64,000 nt of DNA. Source: a virus. Lineage: Duplodnaviria > Heunggongvirae > Uroviricota > Caudoviricetes. Below are positions 1 to 9,185 of the stretch, one piece after another; position 1 is the first letter of the stretch; each line of letters begins with the position of its first letter. The stretch is from positions 216,286 to 280,285 of the IMG/VR virus record IMGVR_UViG_3300032167_000002; one strand, 5' to 3'. Made by a program: the position numbers and the translations under genes. Below the pieces are notes generated by a model. The model was not told the DNA's origin, made no database searches, and worked only from the letters and a program-made list of their open reading frames with translations.

Positions 1-55
1 AACCGCCGACGCTAGGAGCTTCAATCCTACGCTCTACCAACTGAGCTACCGGGGC
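1..55 (-). tRNA. tRNA-Phe (GAA), 5' portion, truncated by window edge
   Basis: Reverse complement gives acceptor GCCCCGG, D-arm GCTCAGTTGGTAGAGC and anticodon stem-loop TAGGA-TTGAAGC-TCCTA. Confidence 0.6.
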
Positions 56-74
56 ATAAACTAGGCGCATAAAG

Positions 75-147
75 AAAAGATTGAGGGAATTGAACCCACT
101 ACACATTGTTTAACAGACAATTGCTCTACCAAATGAGCTAAATTTTT
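75..147 (-). tRNA. tRNA-Asn (GTT), AT-rich
   Basis: T-arm GTGGGTTCAATTCCC, D-arm GCTCATTTGGTAGAGC and anticodon loop CTGTTAA. Confidence 0.6.
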
Positions 148-218
148 TCTAAAAGAAAAATTGCTGTGTGCGCCTAAATATATCACCTAAAGGAGAGTTG
201 CCTATGCACAACCCTGGT

Positions 219-291
219 TGCGGTGGGTGGGACTCGAACCCACGATTTCCAGCTTATGAGGCTGGCGACTTAGCCACTTGTCTACCCCGCA
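219..291 (-). tRNA. tRNA with CAT anticodon (Met, fMet or Ile2)
   Basis: T-arm GTGGGTTCGAGTCCCAC and anticodon stem CCAGC/GCTGG around loop CTCATAA. Confidence 0.55.
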
Positions 292-295
292 ATGG

Positions 296-369
296 ATGCA
301 GAGGGTGGATTCGAACCACCGTTCTCCAGCTTATGAGGCTAGCGAGATCGGCCTCTTCTCTACTCTGCA
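296..369 (-). tRNA. tRNA with CAT anticodon (Met, fMet or Ile2)
   Basis: Perfect acceptor TGCAGAG/CTCTGCA with CCA encoded, T-arm GGTGGTTCGAATCCACC, loop CTCATAA. Confidence 0.65.
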
Positions 370-636
370 ATATACAAGGGGGAATATTTTTCCGGTCGGA
401 GCCCCCACGACCGCACATGAAAGGAAATGAAAACCGCAATCAGCGGTTGGTAAATAATTACAAATATTTTTCCGTTACAGCTGATTGGAAAAATACCTAC
501 TCGGTGGTCAGCCTTTTGGAAGAAGTGTGTATAGAGATTGTCGCGATCCACTTCAGCTCTCTACTGCCTCATCGCTCTTAGTCTATGCCCCACCACAGAA
601 CATAGAACCCACGGTATCTCATTGTAATTATTCTGG

Positions 637-710
637 TCCCTCTGAGTGGGCTCGAACCACTGACCTGCCGGGTATGAACCGGCCGCTCTGACCAACTGAG
701 CTACATAGGG
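637..710 (-). tRNA. tRNA with CAT anticodon (third copy)
   Basis: D-arm GCTCAGTTGGTCAGAGC, anticodon stem GCCGG/CCGGC around loop TTCATAC, T-arm AGTGGTTCGAGCCCACT, CCA encoded. Confidence 0.65.
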
Positions 711-883
711 ATATGAAAATGTTGGGTAGCTGCCCTTGTAAGCACGGTACGTCGGCTAAGGCACACATTGAGTACCTACAACAGTTTATAACCAAAAAAC
801 CGTTGCCAAACAAAGCGATTCTTTCGTCTCCTCTTCCACGCCCGATTTTTCCGCTACGAGGTATCGGGAACATACCTTTATGG

Positions 884-957
<74 letters not shown>

Positions 958-1028
958 ATATAAGTGGTGAGATTGGTGCAAGGCTCTCACCAAGCCCCAG
1001 TATGGGTTATATACCACGGAGGTATTGG

Positions 1029-1101
1029 CAGCTTCGACGGGGATCGAACCCGCGATCTCCAGTGTGACAAACTGGCGAGCACTCCGCTGCTCCACGAAGC
1101 T
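1029..1101 (-). tRNA. tRNA-Asp (GTC), second copy
   Basis: Acceptor AGCTTCG/CGAAGCT, loop TTGTCAC, T-arm GCGGGTTCGATCCCCGT, CCA encoded. Confidence 0.65.
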
Positions 1102-1382
1102 ATATGTAAGATACTAAAGGCTAAGCGGATACATTTTTCAGAACCACTTTAAAGGCGTAGGAAACCCAACCTCACTTACCTCACCTACTTAGCCGGGCGA
1201 TTGGACCTGACCCGTTTCAGTATCTTTTTAGTGTAAGTTTACTTTGCTTCTTTATATAGCGTTTTCCACTAAGCCACATATCTAACGCTGTTTGTCTATG
1301 ACGCACATTGTTTTGCCGGTGGTAGTTTAACTTACAAATCCATGTTAACGCTTTTATCAATGCCGCCCAAGAGGGCTGCTGG

Positions 1383-1455
1383 TGACCCCACGGAGAATCG
1401 AACTCCGGTTTCGAGCTTGAGAGGCTCGCGTCCTAGACCGCTAGACGACGGGGCC
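1383..1455 (-). tRNA. tRNA-Glu (CTC)
   Basis: Glu-type D-arm GTCTAGCGGTCTAGGAC, anticodon stem CGAGC/GCTCG around loop CTCTCAA, T-arm CGGAGTTCGATTCTCCG, CCA encoded. Confidence 0.65.
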
Positions 1456-2083
1456 ATAAAGGAGGGCGACTTTGTCTTCTGTCCTCGGAGCGCGACTCCG
1501 GTGGGATTTCAACCCACGATTCCCTCTATAAAAATGTTTTTCGACAGCTTCTTCATCTTCTACGGCTTCCTACTTCATTATAGCCGGAATTCTGCGCTTA
1601 GGTACTGTTGTATCTACCCACGTAGCCCTCTTGCTTGAGGGGAGAAGAAATATGGACTATTCCAACTTATCCACTTTACTATCTAAAGCCTTTTTGTCAA
1701 AGGGCAGTTGGCTACCCAAAGTCCGGGACAAGGGAACGAGGACCCAGCTTTTTACGATGTCCCATATCTGCAGGATTCTACCTTAACCTGCCGGTAGTTG
1801 TGATTTCAGCTGACACAACCAGCTACGGGGAATATCCCCGATCCTCCTTGGTGGACCCGTCCTATGAGTAGCGATCTCATAGTCAATCTCCTCTTTCCAG
1901 TTGCGGAGCCAGCCCAGATGGGAATGCAGGCGATACTCGCGATTATCGCTCTAACGGGTCTGCTTTATAATTGTTTTCGCACCCGGCGCATAATAAGGAC
2001 CATGCACTGAAACCCACGACTCATTGTGCAGGTAATCGCTCCTGCCGGTCTGTTGTTAGTCAGGCTAACCGCAACCTCAATGG

Positions 2084-2157
2084 TGACCCCAGGGAGGCTC
2101 GAACTCCCATTTACAGCGTGAAAGGCTGTTGTCACTGACCTATTAGACGATGGGGCC
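2084..2157 (-). tRNA. tRNA-Glu (TTC)
   Basis: D-arm GTCTAATAGGTCAGTGAC, anticodon stem ACAGC/GCTGT around loop CTTTCAC, T-arm GGGAGTTCGAGCCTCCC, CCA encoded. Confidence 0.65.
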
Positions 2158-2291
2158 AAATTACTCTTCGTCTTGGTAGCGAGGATCTTCAAACTGGTCA
2201 TTGTAGTTGATAATCTCTGCCAATTCATCGGATTGGATTTGAGTATCGAAATCATCAATCTTTTTCATTTTGATTACCTCTCTTCCTTTAT

Positions 2292-2331
2292 CTTACATAT
2301 ATATTATAACATATTTTTTTATAAAAATCAA
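2292..2331 (-). promoter_or_regulatory. AT-rich early promoter copy (TTGATT-N17-TATAAT on the minus strand)
   Basis: Plus strand reads CTTACATATATATTATAACATATTTTTTTATAAAAATCAA. Confidence 0.6.
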
Positions 2332-2366
2332 GGAAGATTTTTTTTACTAGACACCATTTTTGCTAC

Positions 2367-2445
2367 GGCACGGACTGGGGACTCGAACCCCAATCTTCTC
2401 CTTTGAAGGGAGATGCTCTCACCCTTTGTTGACCGGTAAAGCGAT
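2367..2445 (-). ncRNA. tRNA-like element with a clean T-arm and a clean anticodon arm (loop CTTCAAA, i.e. UCA) but no acceptor or D-arm pairing; pseudo-tRNA or part of a larger RNA
   Basis: T-arm TGGGGTTCGAGTCCCCA and anticodon stem TCTCC/GGAGA; the 3' side GTCCGTG has no 5' partner. Confidence 0.3.
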
Positions 2446-2539
2446 CTCGGGTCTATATCCAGTTAAGCTAGTCTGCGAATCACAATTTCTTGCGGTCGAT
2501 GTCTAAATGGTTTGGAAAAGGAGGTCTAAATAGACCTGG

Positions 2540-2615
2540 TGGACCGTATCGGATTTGAACCGATCTGCCGTCCTGTCTGCCAGACAGGTGACCACCCCAA
2601 GCAGTCCCACAGCCC
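2540..2615 (-). tRNA. tRNA, probably Ala (GGC), with a non-standard D-loop
   Basis: Acceptor GGGCTGT/ACGGTCC with CCA, anticodon stem CCTGT/ACAGG around loop CTGGCAG, T-arm ATCGGTTCAAATCCGAT. Confidence 0.45.
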
Positions 2616-3135
2616 AAATATTGCCCTCCAATAGTCTGCGCAGTATTATTGGAGGATGAGGGTTTTGAGTCTTATACGCCCACAACTATATTGGTGAGTG
2701 CGACGGGATCCTCCCCCGCAAGCCAAGCGTCCAGGCCCGGCACCCCGTTGTCCGGAGCGCGTTTAGTTTTATTTTTCGCCACACACTCTGTGATAAATCA
2801 CACATACCTCAACAAGTCCTGCTTGCGCTTCACAGGTTTATATGTCGCGAGTAGGGGCGTACCGAACTCCGCATATCCAGGACTCTACTTTCCTGCCATC
2901 TTGTTTTGATAAAAAATCAGAGAACCGGACCAAACTCTGCGTGTGCCCCTCAGCTAGGCGGTGATTGAGCCTTTCCGCTTTACTCACACACTTTATATCA
3001 CTCTTATACCTCGGTTTTTGCCGTGCATACCACGGTGGTTAGTATAATACCGTTCCCGAACCCTCATGCATTTTTTACGAGCTCTCAGTTTTTTATAGGC
3101 CAGCCAGGAGTTAGCTACCGGATATTATACTATGG

Positions 3136-3219
3136 TGCCCTCGGCGGGACTTGAACCCGCACGCCCTTTCGGACCTTAGATTCTGAGTCTAAGAAGTCTA
3201 CCAGTTCCATCACAAGGGC
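3136..3219 (-). tRNA. tRNA-Leu (CAG), type II with long variable arm
   Basis: Acceptor GCCCTTG/CGAGGGC with CCA, anticodon stem TTAGA/TCTAA around loop CTCAGAA, T-arm GCGGGTTCAAGTCCCGC. Confidence 0.65.
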
Positions 3220-3254
3220 ATATGAACCAAGAGCGTTCTGGACCTGCCTAAACT

Positions 3255-3340
3255 ACTCGGCCGAAGGAAGGATTTGAACCTCCGTCTCTCTTGGTGCGAG
3301 TGAAAAAAGAGGGTTGCAACTAATCCGCATCTGCCTGCTG
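3255..3340 (-). ncRNA. tRNA-like element, unresolved (T-arm present, acceptor pairing not found)
   Basis: T-arm GGAGGTTCAAATCCTTC; the rest does not fold as a canonical tRNA. Confidence 0.25.
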
Positions 3341-3429
3341 CCGTACGCGCGTTGCCTGGTATTGGTAGCTACACTCACAGGTCGCCTACTGTCGCTCCAC
3401 ATTCTTTATTTTTCGGATTCCTCTTATGG

Positions 3430-3513
3430 TGCCTCTGGCGAGACTCGAACTCGCACACCCTTGCGGATACCAGATTCTTAGTCTGGGATGTCTACCAATT
3501 CCATCACAAAGGC
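3430..3513 (-). tRNA. tRNA-Leu, type II; anticodon reads AAG as written, which is atypical
   Basis: Acceptor GCCTTTG/CAGAGGC with CCA, D-arm GATGGAATTGGTAGAC, anticodon stem CCAGA/TCTGG around loop CTAAGAA, T-arm GCGAGTTCGAGTCTCGC. Confidence 0.55.
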
Positions 3514-3647
3514 AAATATAAAAGTAACTAATCGGCTAGGGACTGGTCGTGTCAGTGTGCCGCGGCATAAAGCCCTACTTTCGGTGTCTCGCTCTTAGGA
3601 CTCACGCACTTACGATTGCGTTTTCAATTTCCTTAGTTACCTTTTGG

Positions 3648-3731
3648 TGGGGATAGTGGGACTCGAACCCACACGACCTCTCGGTCACCAGATTTTGAGT
3701 CTAGCGCGTCTACCGATTCCACCATATCCCC
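3648..3731 (-). tRNA. tRNA-Leu (CAA), type II
   Basis: Acceptor GGGGATA/TATCCCC with CCA, anticodon stem CTAGA/TCTGG around loop CTCAAAA, T-arm GTGGGTTCGAGTCCCAC. Confidence 0.65.
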
Positions 3732-4104
3732 ATATGGCGGTTTTTTAGAGGCTCCGCGAAACCTCGATCTAAAACGCATTTCGAGGGCGTGCACTCCCTC
3801 TCCGGCAGCTTCACCGAACAACTCTCACTTACGGCTGGTCGTTGTCACCATCATACACCCGTGCATTCTTAGCGCCCCACACAAGGCCGTCAACTCAATC
3901 CGACTAGTCTCCAATCGTCTGGTTTTTCTAGCTTTACCAGCAAACTTCCCTTTCTCGTCTTGAGATTGTAGTTATCGGTCAAACCTCGGGAGTCAGTAAG
4001 GGAAAAACCATCTCACAAAAAGACCTATTTAGTGGGCTTCTTTGTATGTAACAGGCCACTTATTAGTATGGCTCTGGCCCCGATTCTCGAAACCCCTAGA
4101 GTAC

Positions 4105-4190
4105 GAGGACTTTTTCCGGACAGGAATCGAACCTGCATCACTCCTATTACTGCGAGCGTTCTTGCCTTGTTGAACTACCGGATCTTTTAG
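4105..4190 (-). ncRNA. Atypical tRNA-like gene; 5' half is canonical but the anticodon arm and acceptor 3' strand pair poorly
   Basis: 5' half GATCCGG-TA-GTTC...GAAC-G and T-arm GCAGGTTCGATTCCTGT are canonical; no CCA. Confidence 0.3.
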
Positions 4191-4195
4191 TAATA

Positions 4196-4269
4196 AGCCA
4201 ATGGACGGACTCGAACCGCCGGCCTGTCCCCTCCTACAGGGACCGCTCTCCCGACTGAGCTACATCAGC
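4196..4269 (-). tRNA. tRNA with an 8-nt anticodon loop (TGTAGGAG) closed by a GTCCC/GGGAC stem
   Basis: Acceptor GCTGATG/CATTGGC, D-arm GCTCAGTCGGGAGAGC and T-arm GGCGGTTCGAGTCCGTC are otherwise canonical. Confidence 0.45.
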
Positions 4270-4275
4270 ATATGG

Positions 4276-4350
4276 TGGAGCCAGTGGGACTCGAACCCAC
4301 AACCTACTGCTTGCAAGGCAGTCGCTCTCTCCAGTTGGAGCTATGACCCC
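4276..4350 (-). tRNA. tRNA-Ala (TGC)
   Basis: Acceptor GGGGTCA/TGGCTCC with CCA, loop CTTGCAA, T-arm GTGGGTTCGAGTCCCAC. Confidence 0.7.
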
Positions 4351-4356
4351 ATAGAC

Positions 4357-4421
4357 GACCGTCTGGAGAGTTGAACTCCTGTTTCTTACGGGGCGCCATT
4401 GCCCCTGCCACCCGGACAGCC
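4357..4421 (-). ncRNA. Short tRNA-like element (about 65 nt), not canonical
   Basis: T-loop-like AGGAGTTCAACTCTCC and acceptor-like GGCTGTC/GACGGTC pairing, but too short for a full tRNA. Confidence 0.2.
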
Positions 4422-4567
4422 ATATGGAAATGCAACTTATTTATGTACTGATGGAGTTGCCAACCACCCGCATACATCATATTTTTTTGACTCAAGCTCG
4501 TGCTATATGCCCGTAGAGCTGTTTAGTGATTTTTTTCTTCGCACAGGAAAAACCTACAAACCTGTGG

Positions 4568-4647
4568 TCCGGGTAGAGGGACTCGAACCCATCACGCGGA
4601 GCATCGGAACCTAAATCCGACGTGTCTACCAATTCCACCATACCCGG
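4568..4647 (-). tRNA. tRNA-Leu (TAG anticodon, reads CUN), type II
   Basis: Perfect acceptor CCGGGTA/TACCCGG with CCA, D-arm GTGGAATTGGTAGACAC, anticodon stem TCGGA/TCCGA around loop TTTAGGT. Confidence 0.55.
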
Positions 4648-4918
4648 AGATGGAACTGTGATTATGGCAGCCACAGGCCCACATCTACCACAGTGGCTTT
4701 TAAGGGATTTTTCTCAGATGATAACCCACCATCTACTCCATGCGAATGAAAGGAGTAGTGTTTAGCTTTGGGTCAGCTAACCGCACATTTGTTGATTGCT
4801 GGAATTTTTGCTTTTCCAATAGTTATGGCTTATATTATACAGAGAAGCTACATAACTGGAACCTCTGGAGGTTGGTTTAGTTTAAGGTCTCTCGTCACTC
4901 CAACAAACTCGACCTTGG

Positions 4919-4991
4919 CTGCCCCGGTGGGGCTCGAACCCACGACATCCAGATTAACAGTCTGGCGCTCTACCGACTGAGCTACAGGGCA
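4919..4991 (-). tRNA. tRNA-Asn (GTT), second copy
   Basis: Acceptor TGCCCTG/CGGGGCA with CCA, D-arm GCTCAGTCGGTAGAGC, loop CTGTTAA, T-arm GTGGGTTCGAGCCCCAC. Confidence 0.7.
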
Positions 4992-5300
4992 ATATTTAGT
5001 TGCCATTTTGGGATGGGTATTCCCCGGTTACATGAGTCCATGGCTAGACCCGGATACTTCTCGCTTGCATCTGCCGTCGTACTTTTGGTCCCACCCAAGG
5101 TATACGAGATTCTACCTTTCTGTGTTGATATAACACATATGTAAGGTGAGAAGATGATCGAAGTCCCGGACCAGCTGCTACCTGCGTCAACTTGATGAGA
5201 GCTTCTCAGAAATGGATCTTATTCTCAAGTACTTCACCCTCGAGGCATTAGCAGAATGTCGAGTCATTTCTCTTGAGGAGAGTTTTCACATTTCCTTTAC

Positions 5301-5340
5301 CTTACATATATATTATATCATATTTTTTTATAAAAATCAA
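5301..5340 (-). promoter_or_regulatory. AT-rich early promoter copy
   Basis: Same 40-bp consensus; lies inside the tRNA array. Confidence 0.6.
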
Positions 5341-5366
5341 ATAAGCACTTTTGCCCTTGATTTTTA

Positions 5367-5420
5367 TTTTGCCAAGACGGAATTTGACATACGCTGCTCT
5401 ATCCAGCTGAGCTACGCCCC
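5367..5420 (-). ncRNA. tRNA 5'-half-like fragment with no T-arm following
   Basis: Sequence GGGGCGTAGCTCAGCTGGATAGAGC; a GC hairpin GGGACCTTCGGGTCCC lies just upstream on the minus strand. Confidence 0.25.
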
Positions 5421-5477
5421 TCATATCAGGGACCCGAAGGTCCCCTTAGTAGTTCACCTACGCCACCTTGCCAGGTG

Positions 5478-5540
5478 ATGGGAGGGACGGTTGGACTCGA
5501 ACCAACGACCTGCGGCACCACAAGCTCGTCATAATTGCTG
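5478..5540 (-). ncRNA. tRNA 3'-half-like fragment (T-arm, acceptor 3' strand and CCA) with no matching 5' half
   Basis: T-arm GTTGGTTCGAGTCCAAC, acceptor 3' strand CGTCCCT, then CCCA. Confidence 0.25.
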
Positions 5541-5611
5541 TTACCGTCTTTTTTACAATGGAAAAGGTTGTATGGAGAAAGAAAGCAATCCGTGCATATC
5601 ACTTTCTTTAC

Positions 5612-5651
5612 CTTACATATATATTATAACATATTTTTTTTGAAAAATCAA
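5612..5651 (-). promoter_or_regulatory. AT-rich early promoter copy
   Basis: Same consensus. Confidence 0.6.
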
Positions 5652-5662
5652 GAAAGATTTTT

Positions 5663-6058
5663 TTATTCAGCAGGATTTTCAGAAGCCTCAGTCAAAAATG
5701 CGCCGACCTTATCAATCTCGTCTTCGAACATCATCTGCTCGTAACCAACGACTTTTACGGTCTCCACGATCCCAGGATTCTCTTCGCTGTCGCTGAACTG
5801 TAATCCTTCCGGAAGCACGCCGCCGCAAATATCATCGGTCAGATCGCTCCAATCCTCATACAGATAAAAAGGATTGACGACGCCGTCTTCCGCAGCGGTC
5901 TTCACCACTTCATCGATCTCGAATACGCCACCACAACAGGAGCAAATTACCTCATCACGGTATGCGATACCACACAGCCAATCTCCCGGATTTTCCGGGT
6001 CGGCAAAAACAACTTGCTTTGGTTTATCGAAGTAATATCGTTTTTCCATCGCTATCAT
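5663..6058 (-). CDS. Hypothetical acidic early protein (131 aa)
   Basis: ORF with upstream AT-rich promoter and Shine-Dalgarno-like AAAGGAAAGG; starts MIAMEKRYYF. Confidence 0.6.
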   Translation of the reverse strand: MIAMEKRYYFDKPKQVVFADPENPGDWLCGIAYRDEVICSCCGGVFEIDEVVKTAAEDGVVNPFYLYEDWSDLTDDICGGVLPEGLQFSDSEENPGIVETVKVVGYEQMMFEDEIDKVGAFLTEASENPAE

Positions 6059-6073
6059 TTCCTTTCCTTTATC

Positions 6074-6111
6074 TTACATAAATATTATAACATATTTTTT
6101 TATAAAAATCA
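6074..6111 (-). promoter_or_regulatory. AT-rich early promoter copy driving 5663..6058
   Basis: Consensus followed on the minus strand by AAAGGAAAGG then ATG. Confidence 0.6.
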
Positions 6112-6249
6112 AGAAAGACTTTTTAATGGCGATAGTGTCGCTCCGAACGACATCTTTCATTGAGTGTTTCACCCTACAAAGGACTACTCGTTCAATTACT
6201 TCCTCCTCGATCCACGGAGGTGGTTTTACCTTAAACTAACTACCGGTGG

Positions 6250-6321
6250 CAGGGGAGTAGGGATTCGAACCCCAATACACAGTTTTGGAGACTGTAGTCC
6301 TAGCCGTTAGACGACTCCCCT
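6250..6321 (-). tRNA. tRNA-Trp (CCA)
   Basis: Perfect acceptor AGGGGAG/CTCCCCT with CCA, anticodon stem ACAGT/ACTGT around loop CTCCAAA, T-arm TGGGGTTCGAATCCCTA. Confidence 0.7.
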
Positions 6322-6340
6322 ATATTTATCTTTCATTCTT

Positions 6341-6378
6341 TACATATATATTATATCATATTTTTTTATAAAAATCAA
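6341..6378 (-). promoter_or_regulatory. AT-rich early promoter copy upstream of tRNA-Trp
   Basis: Same consensus. Confidence 0.55.
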
Positions 6379-6452
6379 ATGCGTAAAAAATGGGGAATGT
6401 AATTATTCTAAAAATTACATTCCCCATATTGAATAGATTCGCCCAGCCGATC

Positions 6453-6788
6453 TTATAGGTCAAGCATCTTCATCAGATCATTGACTCTCGCGCGCTCTTC
6501 AGGTGAAATCTCTGCAGGCTGATAAGCACCAGCCGCAACCACCACATTGGGTGTATCATCTTCAAAATTGAAGTCGCCGGTCACGGGGGCCGCACTTACT
6601 TCAACGGGGACTTTAGGGCAGGTCAAAGAAATGGCGATCTGAACGGTTTCACCACCATCATTAGCCCATACATAAATTTTCTTATCGTATTCACCGATAT
6701 AATTATCTCCAAAAGCCTGTGCAATTCGCTTCTGGACTTCGATCTTTGCATTAGCACCCTTTGCCATTTCATTTTTCTCCTTTATCAC
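6453..6788 (-). CDS. Hypothetical protein (111 aa)
   Basis: ORF; overlaps the upstream gene start by ATGA. Confidence 0.55.
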   Translation of the reverse strand: MIKEKNEMAKGANAKIEVQKRIAQAFGDNYIGEYDKKIYVWANDGGETVQIAISLTCPKVPVEVSAAPVTGDFNFEDDTPNVVVAAGAYQPAEISPEERARVNDLMKMLDL

Positions 6789-8047
6789 TTATATTGTTCG
6801 TAACAATGAGGACACACCATTGCATCATCCCCATCTTCATATGTTATATAATTTGCATCTTCTTTGAAATATGCACTGCCGCAACTATCACAGACAAAAC
6901 ATCTTTCTTGGAAACAGCTGTCACATACGGGTTCATCATATCGACCGACATATGGAGCATCGTCTAAATAGATGCGTCGACCGCAACAAGAGCATGAGCC
7001 GTATACATCATTTTCTTCATACCCATATTCCATTTCACAATCATCGCAGCGCATTGTTTCAGGATTCCGAACGACAGCCTGGCCGCAGTGCAAACAAGTG
7101 ATTTCACCGCCTACAACAATTGGATTATGTCTCAGTCGTTCGGGACTTTCATAGCACCAAGTATCATAAACAGCATAGTATGGAAATTCGTAACAAGTGG
7201 AACAAAGAATATCATTGTAATTCATTGCTCCTGGACCCTGTTTCACTACATCATGCAATCCGACTAATTGATTATTGAAAACGATATACTTATCATCAAG
7301 AGGTACAGGTTCTGTATCATATGCAGCATCATAAGGCACATAACCATTGACATAATCAGCTCGCCAATTATTATACCTAAATCGACTATATCCTCCAAAA
7401 GGATTATCGGAAGGCTGTTGCATTAGATTATTATAAATATTGAGGACTTGCGTAATACCATCAAATGAAGAGAATGGATACTGGCGTCCCGCAAACATAA
7501 TCTTATCATCTTCAGCAGTATGAATCAACATACGCCATTTCTTCGAGTTCCATTTCACTTCTGGACCGAAGCCCGCAAGAATAACATCATCTGCGCCTTT
7601 GAGATATACCATAAATGTGGTAGTATCAACCATATAGCTTAAATTGCCAGCTCGATATTCTCCATCGAGAGCGTGACAACTGCGCCAGTTATATGTATTC
7701 TCACTACTACTCAGAAAATCGAGCGGATGAACGGAGAAACACAAAGTACCAACAACCTTATTCTCTTGGATAAGAATACTTGCCATATCTTGCAGATTAC
7801 GCAATACTTTCTTATCATCCTCAAAAAACTTGAAAGCCTTGATGAGCTTCATACCTTCTGGAATCTGTCTACCAGTAGTATTAGAAACTCGATTATCAAA
7901 AAATGAGTCTAAATTTTCATCAATAAAGTGCGCCAAATCGGGATTATGATATGTATCATTTACCTGATTCGCAAACTCCATAATGCGATATTTTTTCGTT
8001 TGAGAGTCCAAATGGAACTCAATAGGATTGGGCCATTCATAAATCAA
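6785..8047 (-). CDS. Large Cys-rich (multi-CxxC) early protein, paralog of 10716..12473
   Basis: 420-aa ORF; shares the segment LCFSVHPLDF...KWNSKKWRMLI with the 585-aa protein. Confidence 0.6.
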   Translation of the reverse strand: MIYEWPNPIEFHLDSQTKKYRIMEFANQVNDTYHNPDLAHFIDENLDSFFDNRVSNTTGRQIPEGMKLIKAFKFFEDDKKVLRNLQDMASILIQENKVVGTLCFSVHPLDFLSSSENTYNWRSCHALDGEYRAGNLSYMVDTTTFMVYLKGADDVILAGFGPEVKWNSKKWRMLIHTAEDDKIMFAGRQYPFSSFDGITQVLNIYNNLMQQPSDNPFGGYSRFRYNNWRADYVNGYVPYDAAYDTEPVPLDDKYIVFNNQLVGLHDVVKQGPGAMNYNDILCSTCYEFPYYAVYDTWCYESPERLRHNPIVVGGEITCLHCGQAVVRNPETMRCDDCEMEYGYEENDVYGSCSCCGRRIYLDDAPYVGRYDEPVCDSCFQERCFVCDSCGSAYFKEDANYITYEDGDDAMVCPHCYEQYK

Positions 8048-8142
8048 ACCGCCAAATCGCTCAATAAACTTTGCCTTAGACGATTCCCAAAGAGTAAATA
8101 AATCATCAATCTAAGGACTGGAAATACACTGAGAATAAGCGA

Positions 8143-9126
8143 TTACTTCTCGGAATTGGGATTTGATGTCTTCATACATACTTCTTTTTCGCACTCCTTG
8201 CATAATTTCGTAGTAGTCGGAGAAGCGATTTCGAAGGCCTCGCCGCACTCTTCGCACCACTCCACGTTGCCAACAATGCAATCGGGGCAGTAGTATTTTA
8301 CTTTTCCATCAATTCCCATCACGGGGAATAGTTCATATTCAGAATGAAGTTTCTTGCATTTGCTGCAATGCTGACCGAAGATACTCTGTCTCCACCAAGC
8401 AGAGGTAGAAGCAACCACTTCGTCATATACAAAATCTGGAATATCTTTCTCAGATAACATCTTTTTGACTTTACGGATAGTATCAAAAAGCGGATTGACA
8501 TTCAAAATTTCAGTATGACTATGTTCGTCTTCATAGCCAACAGACAGATTCACACCGACGATCTGCCATTCCGGCATCAAGAAACTAATGTCGGTAAAAG
8601 AACCCCATCGTTCACAGAACCCAAAACTCTCAACATAATCCACAAATTCGGGGCAATAACAATCATAGAACACACAATCATTTGTGCCTCGACGATCTAA
8701 CTGAATCATATATTTAAGTCCTGGAATCGGACAATCGGGATATTTATCACAGATAGCGCAAGCGCCTACGCCGCCATCTTCTTCACCTGTGGTGAGGATA
8801 ATGGACGGCCGCAAGCCCTCCTGCAATATTTTAATAATGGCGAAAATGCCAGCCCGGTCATCGGCACCAAGACCCTCCGGACTCCACAATACACCTTTAC
8901 GCTGGTCATAATATAAATCAGATACAGGAGTTTTGAATACAGTATCCATATGAGCGACCAAGGCAATGGGAATATCTCCAATAGCAATAATGTAATCCTT
9001 TGTGATAATTACATTCTTGTCATACTTATCTTTGAGATATTGAGACATCGCTCGAACCATTTCTTTCTCAGTCAGAGATACTAATCGTTCAAATAGTCTA
9101 TAATCTTTTTCACTCAAGACTCGCAC
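8143..9126 (-). CDS. M20/M42-type metallopeptidase-like protein with C-terminal zinc-ribbon region
   Basis: Motifs ALVAHMDTV, GADDRAGI and TGEEDGGVGA, plus C-terminal CxxC pairs. Confidence 0.45.
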   Translation of the reverse strand: MRVLSEKDYRLFERLVSLTEKEMVRAMSQYLKDKYDKNVIITKDYIIAIGDIPIALVAHMDTVFKTPVSDLYYDQRKGVLWSPEGLGADDRAGIFAIIKILQEGLRPSIILTTGEEDGGVGACAICDKYPDCPIPGLKYMIQLDRRGTNDCVFYDCYCPEFVDYVESFGFCERWGSFTDISFLMPEWQIVGVNLSVGYEDEHSHTEILNVNPLFDTIRKVKKMLSEKDIPDFVYDEVVASTSAWWRQSIFGQHCSKCKKLHSEYELFPVMGIDGKVKYYCPDCIVGNVEWCEECGEAFEIASPTTTKLCKECEKEVCMKTSNPNSEK

Positions 9127-9145
9127 AAAGTTTCCTCCTTTTATT

Positions 9146-9185
9146 TCTTATATTATATTATACCATTTTTTTTTATAAAAATCAA
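9146..9185 (-). promoter_or_regulatory. AT-rich early promoter copy driving 8143..9126
   Basis: Same consensus. Confidence 0.55.

Noticed and set aside
1484-1520. T-loop-like GGGATTTCAACCC with an adjacent hairpin CGGAGCGCGACTCCG as a further tRNA.
   Set aside because: Position 56 would be G rather than C, the T-loop does not fit, and no D or anticodon arm could be built. It is probably two small hairpins of unknown role.
2620-4100. Search for a tmRNA (tag-peptide ORF plus tRNA-like end) in the non-coding gaps of the tRNA array.
   Set aside because: No GGGG...tag ORF ending in ...AA-stop followed by a T-arm and CCA could be assembled by eye, so it is left unassigned.
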